From Botryllus schlosseri (taxonomy: Eukaryota), in contig CM119372.1 in NCBI GenBank assembly GCA_051294905.1, positions 21,826,001-21,890,000 of the forward strand: DNA of 64,000 nucleotides, read 5' to 3'. Both the position numbers and the translations under genes were made by a program. A model generated the notes under the pieces. It did no database searches. It saw only the letters and a program-made list of their open reading frames with translations, and was not told where the DNA came from. The first letter of the stretch is position 1, and each line of letters starts with the position of its first letter. Positions 13,450 through 26,410 of the stretch are shown here, piece by piece.

Positions 13450-14383
13450 TACCGGGTTGCATGGTTCCGTTCACACCGCATTGTTGCCTTTTTCAAATAT
13501 TTCATCACAGTAAATATGTCCCCCATAACGTTTTAAACTACCGTTTTGCAATCTAGCAATTACCTAATATACCTAGCAGCCTATGACGTGTCCCAATCTG
13601 GAAAAGTGGACTTTATTTTTTTTTTTACCTTAGACCTGTTTTAGCAGACCACCGTTGAAACTTTCTGGACAAAAGTCATGAAATATATTTTCCGCTTTTT
13701 AGAAGTAGTATTTGTAGTTTTCTTCCAATTACGAGACTTATACGTTGAGTTTTAATTATAATTTCAGTTCTTTTGTCTGGAGCACATACATGTTGAAGTA
13801 TAAAAGCAAGTGTAGTAATGCCTCATATTTTCTGAAAATAAAGCTATACACTATATGGCATTTTTGCGATCTGCCATATTTTAAATTAGCGTATACTAAT
13901 AGCGCAAAGTGTTGAAGCCGTATTCGACACAACTTCTCCGTATTGCTCTTCAAGTGAACTAGGGGCCTCATAATATGGGGGAAGGTGCCATGTTCTGATC
14001 TTTTCTAAAACGGGGTGTTCGAGTAAACAAAGGATTAGTATCGCATTTCCATATCAATACTGTCATTTACATCCCATGATGCGGACGACTGCTTATTCTG
14101 TCAAAGATTGACACCTCCTGGGATGCATCAATATGAATCAAGCTCTCTACACCTTCCGCATAGCTCCATTTGCAGATTTTGACAGTCCATGTAAACGAAT
14201 TACGATCGTTTTCACAACTACATACTTACTTGAGTAGATTTGAAGTCAGTCAATTCTACTTTTACTTCAAGTAGTTTTAGGTTGCCTATGTAAGAAGTAC
14301 TTCTACTTGCACTTGAGTAGATTTTTTCGTCGCTACTCTTACTTCTACTTGAGTAGCTTTCTTGACTACTCTGACCACCTCTG
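13450..14383 (+). mobile_element. Truncated copy of the CAGAGGTGGTCA family
   Basis: Ends GACCACCTCTG; similar to the right part of 48641-49969. Confidence 0.75.
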
Positions 14384-15435
14384 GGTGGTACACGCCGACA
14401 CGGAAACAGAACCTAACTCAGAATTCAATCGCAGTCACAAATCTTACGTGCCTAAAAGCCTATACAATACATACATGCCTTCCTACGCTCCTATTTACAT
14501 GCAAGATTTTGAATTAAAATGTTGCACTCGATTTATACCGCGAGATAAGTCTGAGGTAGGTGCCGGTTTCGTGTGGTCCAATGATATCCAAAGACAGATT
14601 TCACAATATATATATATATGTATATATATAAATCAACAGAATAGAGCGTACAAGCCAGATCGTTACCAACAGTCCATTTGTCCATTAACAAATATTTCAA
14701 ATGTACAGCCTGATACCGCAGCTGCCATCTGCTTTCAAAATATGTACTCACTCCGAGCAAAGGAAGTCGGTAATAGGTCAGTTCGTCACAGAACACTTTG
14801 AAAGTCAAACAGACGCTCAGGGACGAGAGTAACTGCAGGTGATGTAGGTAAGGTAAATGGTATTTTCCCACAGACTTTGCAGTGTGACAAAGGCATTAGC
14901 ATCGTTGTTGACCAATAGAGTTATCGGTATTATTGCGTCTATTAGCCTATACAGTGTTATTTCCAACAACTGCAACACAGAGAGTTCAATATAATGTTGA
15001 GGAGATTGCAGAACCAATAAAGTCTTACTTAGATGTTGTGTGCATGGGCAACCGCTTTATATATTCGGGTTACCAGGGGATTTATTTTCTAAAAGTAAAT
15101 GTCGACATGAATTATCTCGGACACTTCATGAATATCTCTTGCATGAGGTGCTGTGAACAATTTTGTAACTGTCGACGTCTGTCGCTATGTAGCGTTATAA
15201 GCCATATTCTACGGATCCGGCGTTCGTGTTCAGGCCCAGTAATTGTTGAACAATGCTGCAATGAACTCCTTGACACTGTGCCCTTGTAAATAAACTTCTG
15301 TAGATTAGTAGCTGTCGTCGGTGCAATCGAAAGGTTGAAGTATATGAAAACTAAATGGAAGTGTTTTTGTTACTGCATCAATACATATAGATGGAGCTAA
15401 TGTCATCCACACTCTGTGTATAACCAGGCGTCTGG

Positions 15436-17076
15436 CAGGACCGTAACTGCCGCACCCCAAACCGCACAATTGGGGGGCAAGCTCGAAGAGGGCCCAAAAT
15501 TATTCCGTCAATTATCATAAATTATCGAGTATATTTTTGACAATTTATGCAACTTTTTCAAAATTTGTTCGCGCTAGGCGTGATTCAATGCTGGCAAGTA
15601 AGCGGTCTCGTTTGTTGAGTACCCTTCCCCAAGAAAAAAAATACGCACGATTTATAGAAAGGGGCATTTCGACGTTGGATATTACCACACCACGACTAGG
15701 GCTGGGCACAATGATTCGAGTACTCGAATCTGAATCGAGTATTAATTGTGATGATTCGAGTCGAGTAGTAGAAGATGATTTTTCGAATACTGAAATTATA
15801 CGCTTTTCGGCGCGGAAAGTTGATTTATCAAGAATAATAATAGTTTCGACAGTACTTTTGACTGTAGAATCCTTGAAACCTTGATTGGCCGTATCGTAGC
15901 ATGCGAAATATGTAGTAGAAAGCTACCAACGTTACTGGAACTAACACATACCCGAAGACATGATCGTCTCGCAACATTGCCACCAAGTGCAATAAAATCG
16001 GTATGGTTGAAAAAATACCAAAGTATCTTTAAGGTGACGGATAACAGGCATTATTGTTCTTTGTGGTGGCATAAAAGGTACATATTGGAACTTTCACATA
16101 TTACGTTCTGTTATGACGTCATCATGAGTGATACTCGATTACGCGACTCGACTCGAAGCATATTACGTGATTCAGAATCGAATCACTCAGGTACTCGATT
16201 TTGCCCAGCCCTAGCCACGACCCACCAATACATATGACGAGATAATGTAGCGGTATGATCCGCGGCTGCAACAGCAATGGGTTGCGGGCTCGAGTCCGAG
16301 TCCGACCGAGGCCGATTCCAGAATTCCTACCTAAGTGTTGGAGATTTATCTAAGCTCCTCCTAGCACACCTGATCCGCGCCAGAGGCGTCTTAAAAAGCC
16401 TACAAGTGGGCCGTGCAGCAAGTCGTCAAATACGGAATTCAAATAAAGGCATCGGCCATTGATACCACAAACATACACACACTAAGAAGTTTCAGCCCAG
16501 ACGATATACTCCGAGAAGCCAGACGATTGGCAGAGAGAAAACCTTGGCCGAAAACGACTGCTCGAAAACTTCGATATATATACATATATGTTTAATTGTC
16601 CATAGGCGCCTAAATGGCTGAGGCCGAATGTTCCTGTCCTGGCAATCCCCACAAGAAAAATGCCATCCCGCAAAGAAAAATTATTTGCCAGTGAAGAACA
16701 ACCAATTTGAAATCGTGTGCGTCTTTTAGTTTAGTAGCCTATACGTTTGTACGATTTCGATATCTTTTGACATAGCAGACAGGAGGTCAAGAAATAAAGT
16801 TATGTAACGAAGTCAAATATTGATAGCAAAATATATATGCAATTCCGGATCATATTGACCGATTCAATCACGAATTATAGAAGGTTTTCGCCCTTCGCGC
16901 GATTAGGTGAAATTATGCGTCTCGCTAACCAGCACAACAAAACTCACTCACAGGAAGCGGCAAAAAGGTACAGCGTGATGGCGGGTCTGGGGGCCAAGTC
17001 CACAGAAGTTTGTTTTATCACCCAAGGGGTTAATGCCAGCGTTATGGGGGGCTGACGATGTGCTGTTTCGGTCCTG
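15436..17076 (-). mobile_element. hAT-type MITE (CAGGGCCGTAAC family)
   Basis: CAGGACCGTAAC...GTTTCGGTCCTG termini; internal similarity to 26411-27661; TSD not evident. Confidence 0.65.
15697..16213 (+). mobile_element. hAT-type MITE (TAGGGCTGGGCA family)
   Basis: Same family as 9761-10290; TSD ACCACGAC/GCCACGAC. Confidence 0.85.
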
Positions 17077-17673
17077 CGAGTGGGCACTGAATTGGCTCTT
17101 AGCCGGAGTTCCACCGAACCCTATAGTTTCGCGGAACCAGTCTCATGTGATTCGTGATGACATGACTGTCTTGGTCATAATTGGCTGCAGGGAATTTAGA
17201 CACGATCAGTAGTCGAATTGTGACTGCTGTGGTGATACGTAATGTGTAGTGACGGACGCATGGGAGGTTGGGATTTGAAATCGTAACTCTATTCTTTTGA
17301 AAAACCGATTCTATCTCATATTCATTAGCTTGTTTGCAATACAGTAATTGGTATCTCCCTGCTGCTTTTCGACCGAACATTACGCTGGCACTTCCCAGAG
17401 CAAAGCCTTACATTTTTGAAATTATGTCTGAAAGGAAATAGCAGTACATATTAATTAATATATCTTCCTTTTATGCAAAAATCATGTTGTTTACCAGTAC
17501 TATAGAGTAATGCATTAGACGTGTAGCTGGATATTTAATGTGGCAGATTTTTGTTTTGGGTACTCGGCTAAAATTTGAGTATCGCTGAAGGTTTAAGGTG
17601 TTATGCATATTTTAAATTTGTGAATGACGCAGCTTTTCACGTATAATAACGCAATATGTTGGTACACATATTA

Positions 17674-19480
17674 CACTGGTCTACAAATTTCAACTTTTTT
17701 TTTTCAGGTTTGGGTTTTGACAACTGATTTTGGCTAATTTTGGGGCACCGATTCCGAAAATGGCCTCAGATTTTCTTCATCACATCACGTTTTTGAGATT
17801 TGAAATATCCCTAATTTGAAGAAAAAAAATCAATTTTTGACCCCCTCTGTTTTCAAAACAAGGAAATCTGATGCAATAAACACTGTTTTATCTGCAATAA
17901 TCCAGCTTTAATTAGAAAACAAGTACTCTATATTATATTCAAACAAATTTGCGTTTTATTTATTAAAATTCCATGCCTTGGAATAAAAAATAAGCAGGCA
18001 AAAGAGCAACTAACAAAGCTGGTACAAGCATGACATTTTATCGCAATGAACAATGAAAGAAGATTATCAGAACATCTAAACCGTTCTCGAAAAGTTGTAG
18101 TAGCATGACCATGGCTGGCTCATCTGTCTAGATTTGAAAATGGTGAACTTTTTGCTGGGGCAACAAAGTGGCTACACTGAAAACCCATGTTTCCTATGAT
18201 ACCGGGACAGCAGGGTTAAGATCACCTCTGGAACAAAGATGAGTGGCCTCCTAGGCTCACCTTGACGCCTGGAGACAAAACTATCATACGTGATCAGTTT
18301 GTCGATATAAAAAAGATCCTCTTGCCTCCTCTTCACATCAAACTTGGTCTCATGAAACAATATGTAAAAGCTTTGAATTGTGAAGGGGGGTGTTTTAAAG
18401 GATATATGTTATGCTTTTTCTGGTCTCAGTGAAGAGACAAAAGAACTGGGATTTTTAATGAACCTCAAATTAGGCAATTGTTAAAGGATTAAAATCTTGT
18501 ATATAATCAATGTTGCCATTCGAGGCTAGAGCTTGGAATGCTTTCGGTGCTGTTTTTTAGGAAACAAAAAAGCAGAAAATTATAAAGATCTCTAAAGGAA
18601 GCTACTGCTTAGTTATGAAGATTTGGGATGCAGGATGAGCATCGAAGTTAACGATTTGATGAGGCATGTGGATGAGTTTAGACAAAACCTTGGGAAAGTT
18701 AGTGAAGAACAGGGTGAACGTTTCAGCCAAGATATTAAAATGGAGGAGGCACGTTATCAAGGTCGGTGGGATTTATGGATTCGTTTATTTCCCACACCAG
18801 TAAAAATCTGGTACAAGCAAGGACAAGGACACAGTCGCCACCTGTACCTGGATTTTCGTATGATAGCCGACTATTGATGGAGTTGGAAAAGAGAAATTCC
18901 AGATGCTGTTCGTAAAAGAAAGTCCCTCAAAAGAGAATTTTTAAGCTTATAAGTGAAGACTTCATATTTTATGAAAGCTCTTTTTTTACTGTTTTTGAAC
19001 TCGCCCTGCCTAAGTCCCTGTCTTCAGAATTTCTACACTTCATTGGAATGTCTATGTGCACATTGTGTGAACTCTAGGCTGTAATTCAGATAATAACTTG
19101 TTACTGTCCTATCCACATGTTCGTCAGCATAATGTAGCATTTAATTTTATTATGGTTGCTCTTTTGCACGCCTATTTTTGATTCCGGGGCATAAAACTTT
19201 AACAAAGACAACTCAAATTTGTATGAATATAACATAGAATGCTTGTTTTCTAATTAAAGCTAAATTATTGCAGGTAAAACAGTGTTTATTGCATCAGAAT
19301 TCCTTGTTTTGAAAACAGAGGGGGGTCAAAAATTGAATTTTTCAAAAATATTAGGGATATTTCATATCTCAAAAACGTGATGTGATGGAGAAAATCTGAG
19401 GCCATTTTCGGATTCAGCGCCCCAAAATTAGCCAAAATCAATTGTCAAAACCCAAACCTGAAATTTTGTGTAGACCAGTG
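17674..19480 (+). mobile_element. Chapaev3-like DNA transposon, decayed transposase
   Basis: CACTGG...CCAGTG termini, long (>250 bp) TIRs, TTA TSD. Remnants: VDIKKILLPPLHIKLGLMKQYVKAL (from 18301) and NLGKVSEEQGERFSQDIK..EARYQGRW...MIADY; frameshifts and stops. Confidence 0.85.
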
Positions 19481-22049
19481 TTATAATATACTGGGAATCA
19501 CAACCTTCCACCGTCGTCGTTTGCGTTTAATATGTTTTACTGATCCAACTCGTAGTCATATTACCTGACCTACATGTTGTGTAGGTTGAGATGTAGTTAA
19601 TGATTGCTAATAAATATTTGCACAAAATTGTGTAGTGTACATACGAAAATGAACAGCCGTTTTGAGTTTACGACTTACTATACGGGCGGTAGTCCATCAC
19701 ATTCGGATGATCCACTCAATTTCTCGACGCATACTAAGATAAGTAATAAAACACAATGAATAAAAAGTAACCTATGCATCACAGAGCCGATAAAATAAAT
19801 GCTATTGTTGTTGTTCTTCTTCTTCTTCCTCTTCTTCTTCTAAACCTCGATGGCGTGAAAGTCTCTTTAATGACAGGAACATTACCTGAGTTGAACTTTG
19901 ACTTTACCTGCTAAAACATCTCCTAACGTTCCTACTTATTATTACGGCTGGGCACTTGATTCGAATATTAGAATTAGAATCTGGTATTAATGGATATGAT
20001 TCGATGCCGCGTAACGCAATACAATTTTTACCAGTACTGAACTTATAGTCCTCGTACCACTAAGAGTTATTTAATCAACGAGTATTATAGCTTCGATAGT
20101 TTCTTCTTGGCATGGAAGCCTTAAAATCATAACAGCAGCCCAAATGGCTTTTACGACGGGGCAGCTCGCATTGGCGGATGCGACATTTCTGTGAAATAGT
20201 GATTGGTCAGTAGTCTTGCATTTGAAGCCATGTCAAATATATGTCGTCGCCGACTAACAGTTGCGTATTTGAAGCTTCCAAAGTCTTCATGTAGTAATGA
20301 CGTCATAATGACCCTGGTACACGATTTCGGTCCGATCTAGCTATTATATTGGCGTCAGTCAAGCCCGTCGTGTTAAGCCACGGACCGTGTCTCTCTTTGC
20401 AAATTGTACAACATTATTATTGTTGTTGTTGATGTTGTTGTTGTTGTTGGTAACATTGTTATCATACAATATTATTCAGAGTTTCGCGGTAACAATTCAC
20501 TCTATTACAAAAATCATAAACAGAGAATATTTCCCGAACCATGCATCCATACTCTATATATCATATCTATGTTCTCCATGGCATCAGAGCAAAAAGCGAG
20601 TGCCAAAACAGCGTGTGTCAGAATTGCGAGGCATTTACCAAAGCGATTGTCGAACAGGATGTGTCGTAATACCGAGGAATTCTGAATAGTTGGTGCCATA
20701 ACAGCGATGCATTTAAGAGGAGTGTCACAACAGCGGGTGCCATAACTGCGACCGCTTCAAAATAGCGGCAAGCCACTGAAAATAGTAAGAAAATCAAAAT
20801 AGCAAGTTACAGTTAGGTTTAGAATGGGTTACGTGTCAGGTTATGGTTAGCTTGGATTATTTTGAACAACTCACTTTCATGAACCCCCCCCCCTCCCCGC
20901 TATTCTGAAACTCGCTGTTTTGACACTCGCTATTTCGAATGCATTGCTGTTGTGGCACTCACTGTCCTGACACTTTTTATTTTACACGCGAGCCGTACTA
21001 TACGCATATACTTTTCGCAGACCAAATGCTCATTACCGTGTCATACTGAGTAGAGTTATACAGCTGGATTTAACGTGGCCAGCCAGACAAGGTCGGCATA
21101 TTGCTTTATTTATACAGAACTCGTTTTGCGACGCAGTGCGAGATGTTGGATCCGTATACACTTATCCACTCTGTTCTGTTGTTTCGGAAACACTAGATCA
21201 GTGCAAATCGGTCATCCATGTTCGTACTTTTGAAAACAGACTATAGTTGGTCAAATGAGCATTGGTTCTCCAACGTAAGTGCAACCACGCATTCCTGCTA
21301 CCTTATTACTAACTTACGGTTACCACGCGTCCTCTGTTAAGAGGAATTGTCCTCATTTTTTCAATTGATTGAAAACGTCCTCGGAGGACACCCAAATGTC
21401 CTCATTTTTGGGAATTTGTCCTCACTTTTCGGTCGAAAAATTTTGAAAATCACCAGGTTTTTGTCCGGTGCTGTAGTTTTCAAAATTTTTGAAAAGTTTC
21501 CTCTTTTTACGATCTCAAATATGGTAACCCTAACTAACTGGTCTACGCTTCATCTAATTGTGTGATCGTTTGGCGCGGAAGTTTCTTGGATGTATTATCC
21601 CCAGTATGGGATACTAAATTCATAAACGTCATTTGTGTACGTACATCGTGGAGCTTTACACTGTGATTCGACAATAATAATACGAAAATTTCAATCTGAT
21701 GATAAAATCGAAACAATTATTACAAAGCTTTTTTAATGTCATGACGATCTACCCGAGGCACGGAAATGCAGTATTGTGTATGTTATAACAATTACGTTAT
21801 GTTTCTTGTGTAGCAACGTAGCTGATCTTAAGTTTGGTTGGCTGCAAGAATCATTATGTGTCTGTTGCTGACATCGTTTGACTGAGATCTCAATCCATAG
21901 TCGTTTGCGTGATAAGCGCACTCGAAAAGGTAGGGTAATATGAGTCTCTGAAATGAGTGAATGATGCGCGCGTTTACATGCGATCGAGATTTGTAATGCG
22001 TACTTATCGGCTAAACACTCCATGCTGACTTATCTGTCCGTGTACCCCA

Positions 22050-22899
22050 CAGTATTGGGATGACTCGAGTCATGACTTGACTTGAGTCTGACTCGAGTCA
22101 CATTTGTCGAATGACTTGACTTGACTTGAGTTACTGTGCTAAAATGACTTGACTTGACTTGACGCGGCGTATCTGAAATATGGATTGACTCGTGACTCGG
22201 AGCAAAATTCACAAGTCAATTTCAAGTCATCAAGTAATCGGTGTCGACAAAAATCACTGAATCTTGTATATGTTCGCATTGTTCGCGAAACGCTGGTGGG
22301 TGCCTCCATTGTTCTCTCACAAATAAATTGACCGCAAACGAAGTGATCGAAGCTTACAGCTTACGCTGTCGTAAACTAGTATAGTAAAGTAATTATTCTA
22401 TGTTTTTACCTTAACCAAACCTCTTGTTTTATAGAAAGTAAATTCTAATATAGTTTATTTATTCCTCAACCATTGGCGCAAGCTCGAATTATATCATATC
22501 GGTTTATAAATGGGTAATGTATTGCATCATAGCAATTCGTATCTATTCTCTATTTTGCCTGGTAAGTATAAACTGTGGTTTAGCAGTTATACATATATGT
22601 GAGCGATACAGCACCTTCTTGCGTGTATATTTAACTCTATATTCGTTCACTGGTTCAAAATCAATGACCACTCAATCTGTATTTCAGACAGCTAGCAAAA
22701 TGCAATGACGTTATCATGCCCCATACTTCGAAAAGGCAACTTGACTTGAATTGTGTCTGGACTTGTGACTTGAATTGACTTGAGTCGACTTGACTCGAGT
22801 CTCCTCCAAAAATCGAGTAACTTGACTTGACTCGAGTCAAAATGGGCAATGACTCGAAATGACTCGTGACTCGAAGGTAGTGACTTGATCCCAACACTG
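22050..22899 (+). mobile_element. hAT-type MITE with GACTT/GACTCGAGTC subterminal arrays
   Basis: CAGTATTGGGAT...ATCCCAACACTG termini, perfect TSD GTACCCCA. Confidence 0.88.
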
Positions 22900-23158
22900 G
22901 TACCCCATGATAACCGGTTTGGTATACAATGTTTGCGACAAGAATGCATCAATTACAAGATTATCATTGCAATGCTAATTCAGAAATATCTAGGCCAAAG
23001 TAGTGACCCCGAACCTATGGACCGTGGCTGCCTGATCGCCCACAGCAGCTAATCGATGTGACTAATGTAGCTGTTTGAAAATTTTCAGAAGTTTTATATT
23101 TATGCCATAATTGTGCAGATACTGTTGAAAAAACAGGTATCATGAGGCTTGGAACAAC

Positions 23159-24801
23159 CAGAGGTGGTCAGTAACGAAGTACTTCTACTTTTTCGAAGTA
23201 CTCAAGTAGTTTTCCTCTACTTCTGGTACTTACTCAAGTAGATCTGATTTTCGCTACTTCTACTTCTACTTCCGAATATTTGGTGATCTACTTACTTACT
23301 CTTCGCTATTTTCAGTTTGTCAAGTAGAAGTAGTTCAATCTTCCAATCAGGAAGATAGCCTGAGAAATTTCGGGGCTGTTTTCATGGAGTATCAACATTT
23401 AATTTTCATAAAAGTTGAGTAAAGCGAAGAATTTTCGTCGCGCTTAGCGCGCAGTGGATACGGAGTGATCAGTATGATTTCACGTAAGTATCGGTGAATA
23501 TAATTTAGGTCGCGGGTTGGCGTGGTTCCGTTTACACCACAATGTCGTCCTTCGCCCATATGAAATAATTCATCACAGTATATATGGCTCATCATGACGT
23601 ATGAAACTGATGTTTCGCAATCTAGCATTTACTTGTCATATCGTAATCTAGCATGTCCATGGCCTGTCCTAATCTGGAAAAGTGGACTCTGACTTTTTTT
23701 TTAGTTTTAGAGGTGTTTTAGCATATCACCTTTGAAACTCTCTGGACTAAAAGCAGGGTTGTAACCAAGTAACAAGTCAATCTCACTTTTATAGTTTTGA
23801 CTCGAGTCAATTCGAGCCATTTTCAATTCAGTACCGAGTCAAGTCCGAGTCCAAGTCACGGAGTAGAGTGTCGAGTCCGAGTCATAGTGTTTTGACTCGA
23901 GTCCGAGCCCAAGTCATTGTGTTGACTACTCTGTTTCCAGTTAAAGTCTTGTTAAATCCACTTTTTATTACTCTGTTTGGTGATATCGAATGGCTCGCAT
24001 TTATAATATGCTAATTTTCCTCACTTATAACAGTTTTAGGTAGCATTTTCAAGTATTAGTACTGATAGACAAAATAATTATAGTGTGATAACTTTACTAC
24101 TCTTCGAAATTACAATGAAATGCCTGTCTTGGTAGACCCAGTCTAAAGTCATATGACTTGGTCCGAGACTCGGACTCCGAGTCATGCGCAATGACTCGAG
24201 TACAAGTCGAGTCAATACACAAATTGACTCGATTCGAGTCATTTTTCATTTTCAAGAAAATGACTCGAGTCAAGTCGAGTCACCAAAAAAATCGTGAATC
24301 GAGGGTAACTCGAGTCGAGTCATGACTCGAGTCATTACAACCCGTGACTAAAGGCATGAAATACATGTTCCACTTTTAGAAGTAGTATTTACATTTTACT
24401 TTTAATTCCCAGTATCATATACTTTGAGTTATAATTAATATCAGTTCTTTTGTCTGGATAACATACATGTTGAAGTATAAAAGCAAGGGTAGTAATGCCT
24501 TTAATTTCCGGAAAATATATCGAAAATTGGATACCTGTTGGTATGCATCAATATGAATCAAGCTCGTCACCTTTCGCATAGCTCAATTTGCACCTTTTTA
24601 CAATCCATGTGAACGAATTAGGATCGTTTTCACAACTACTTACTTACTTGAGTACTTTTAAAGTCAGTGAATTCTACTTCTACTTCAAGTAGTTTTACGT
24701 TGCTTATGGAAGAAGTACTTCTACTCGTACTTGAGTAGATTTTTTCGTCGCTACTTGTACTTCTACTTGAGTAGCTTTCTTGACTACTTTGACCACCTCT
24801 G
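23159..24801 (+). mobile_element. hAT-type MITE (CAGAGGTGGTCA family) with nested element 23754-24346
   Basis: TIR CAGAGGTGGTCA, TSD GGAACAAC/GGAACAAT; nested CAGGGTTGTAA element with TSD ACTAAAAG/ACTAAAGG. Confidence 0.87.
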
Positions 24802-25543
24802 GGAACAATTAGCACATACATATAATCGATGTATACGATATGGGATGGTGGGAACCCACGAACTCGTGATAGGTTCAACAGTACCACATAATTACATTTC
24901 ACTGGAACCGGATGGATGTTCTGATGATAATGACCACCGACCGTAAAAAGGCTGCATGACGATGTAGTTCCCATCTAAGAATTCTTTGATCCGTTTAAAA
25001 CGGTGGCTGGAAGCCATTTTCTTCAAAGGAGTCATATGGATCCTATATTTTCTGTTGTAATTCATGACACTATAAAAAAAATGGTGACATCATTTCTAAT
25101 AAAAAAACATAAAAAACACAATTGAAACATGTTTTAAACAAGGGTTTTAAATGCAAGCCTGTAATCATAGGCTTAGAGATTATCGGCTACCGGCGCCTAA
25201 TTTTGTAATCAACCGAGGAAAGAAGTCTGAAACTCTAGCTCTAACAAATATTTTATGATTGATACGATTGGTGTAAGTCACTACATTACGGTCTGTAACG
25301 TATTCTAAAACTTAAAATATAACATCAAATGTCACAAAACTGCGACGGAAATGTGCAATTGTGCATCGTTCTAGTACATGAAGGAGAATAGTATGTGCGT
25401 GTATTATATAGCTCACAATATGGACGGATTCTTCAAACATAACGTAGGAAATATAACCAATGCAACATTTCTTAAAATGGGCCGCTGAATCAACCATAGG
25501 AAATAGGAACAGTGCATATATATGTTCTCGCGCAAGTACGCAG

Positions 25544-25766
25544 CTAAGGAAGTACACATGTACACCCCACAGGGACTTCCTCTGTTGTGATTTGACAGGT
25601 CCTCCGTGTACAGGTTGAATAGTGAGAATTAGAATCATTCGGCCACTTGATCACGACCAGGGAAACGTTGATTGCGATACTCTTAAGACTTGGTTGCGGT
25701 AGGCCGGAGACGGGGTCGAGGCAGTGATCGCAGAGGCATTTAGCGACTGGTAACTGACGAGGGTAC
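25544..25766 (-). CDS. IL17: IL-17-like copy B, exon 2 (cystine-knot domain); spliced product 187 aa
   Basis: tcctgtcag|G TAC CCT gives YPRQLPVAKCLCDHCLDP...CQITTEEVPVGCTCVLP*. Phase matches exon 1. Not present in the supplied ORF track. Confidence 0.92.
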
Positions 25767-26410
25767 CTGACAGGAGAAATATATTCAAATATCAGATCCG
25801 TTATATACTATTTAACGGCATATTCTTATGCAATTGAATAGTAGTTTGAATAGCTACAAATGTTAAATGCGTCCGTGGATATTGGAATTTGCACTTGCAT
25901 AGTATTGCTAAGTTCGAGAGCTAAGCGATATAGTTGAGATCACAAATGTGGTAATCAGCTAAGTCAGGATTTTAACAATAGGATATGATAGAATCGATAT
26001 GAACCCTTAGAATCTATCTTTAAAAACAGTTTTCGTGAGATATAAGTTATACAAGATATATCATCCGAATGATAATTGTTCAGAATAGCCCAGTTCCTGA
26101 GCAAGGTTCAGTACTAAATGATTGCGACCGCTGAATCAGACACTATTTATCGAAAGATTACGCATACCTAATGCATACAATATATTTACCATTAGAATGA
26201 ATATTAAAGTCACAATCGAATTTTCCATATCGTCACTTTCTTGCCTATACGACCAACGACTCGAATCACGAATTCTATCGTAATTATGCGGGCTGAAAAC
26301 TTTTCATAAAGCATAGCCTATAGATGTAAGCCGAGGCGAGGTCAAAGCTAGCTTGGTTTACAATATAACAAAGTCCAACGAAATGAGCCAATAACTAGTA
26401 TTGGGATATG

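Noticed and set aside
20387..20689. ORFs with a poly-Leu or poly-Val signal-like start
   Set aside because: Hydrophobic run comes from a (TTG)n microsatellite; the remainder runs into repeat sequence.
22056..22210. GACTCGAGTC/GACTT, AGTAGA and CCGACT arrays resembling CRISPR repeats
   Set aside because: Short degenerate subterminal motifs of TIR/TSD-bounded MITEs; no constant repeat with unique spacers, no cas genes, eukaryotic context.
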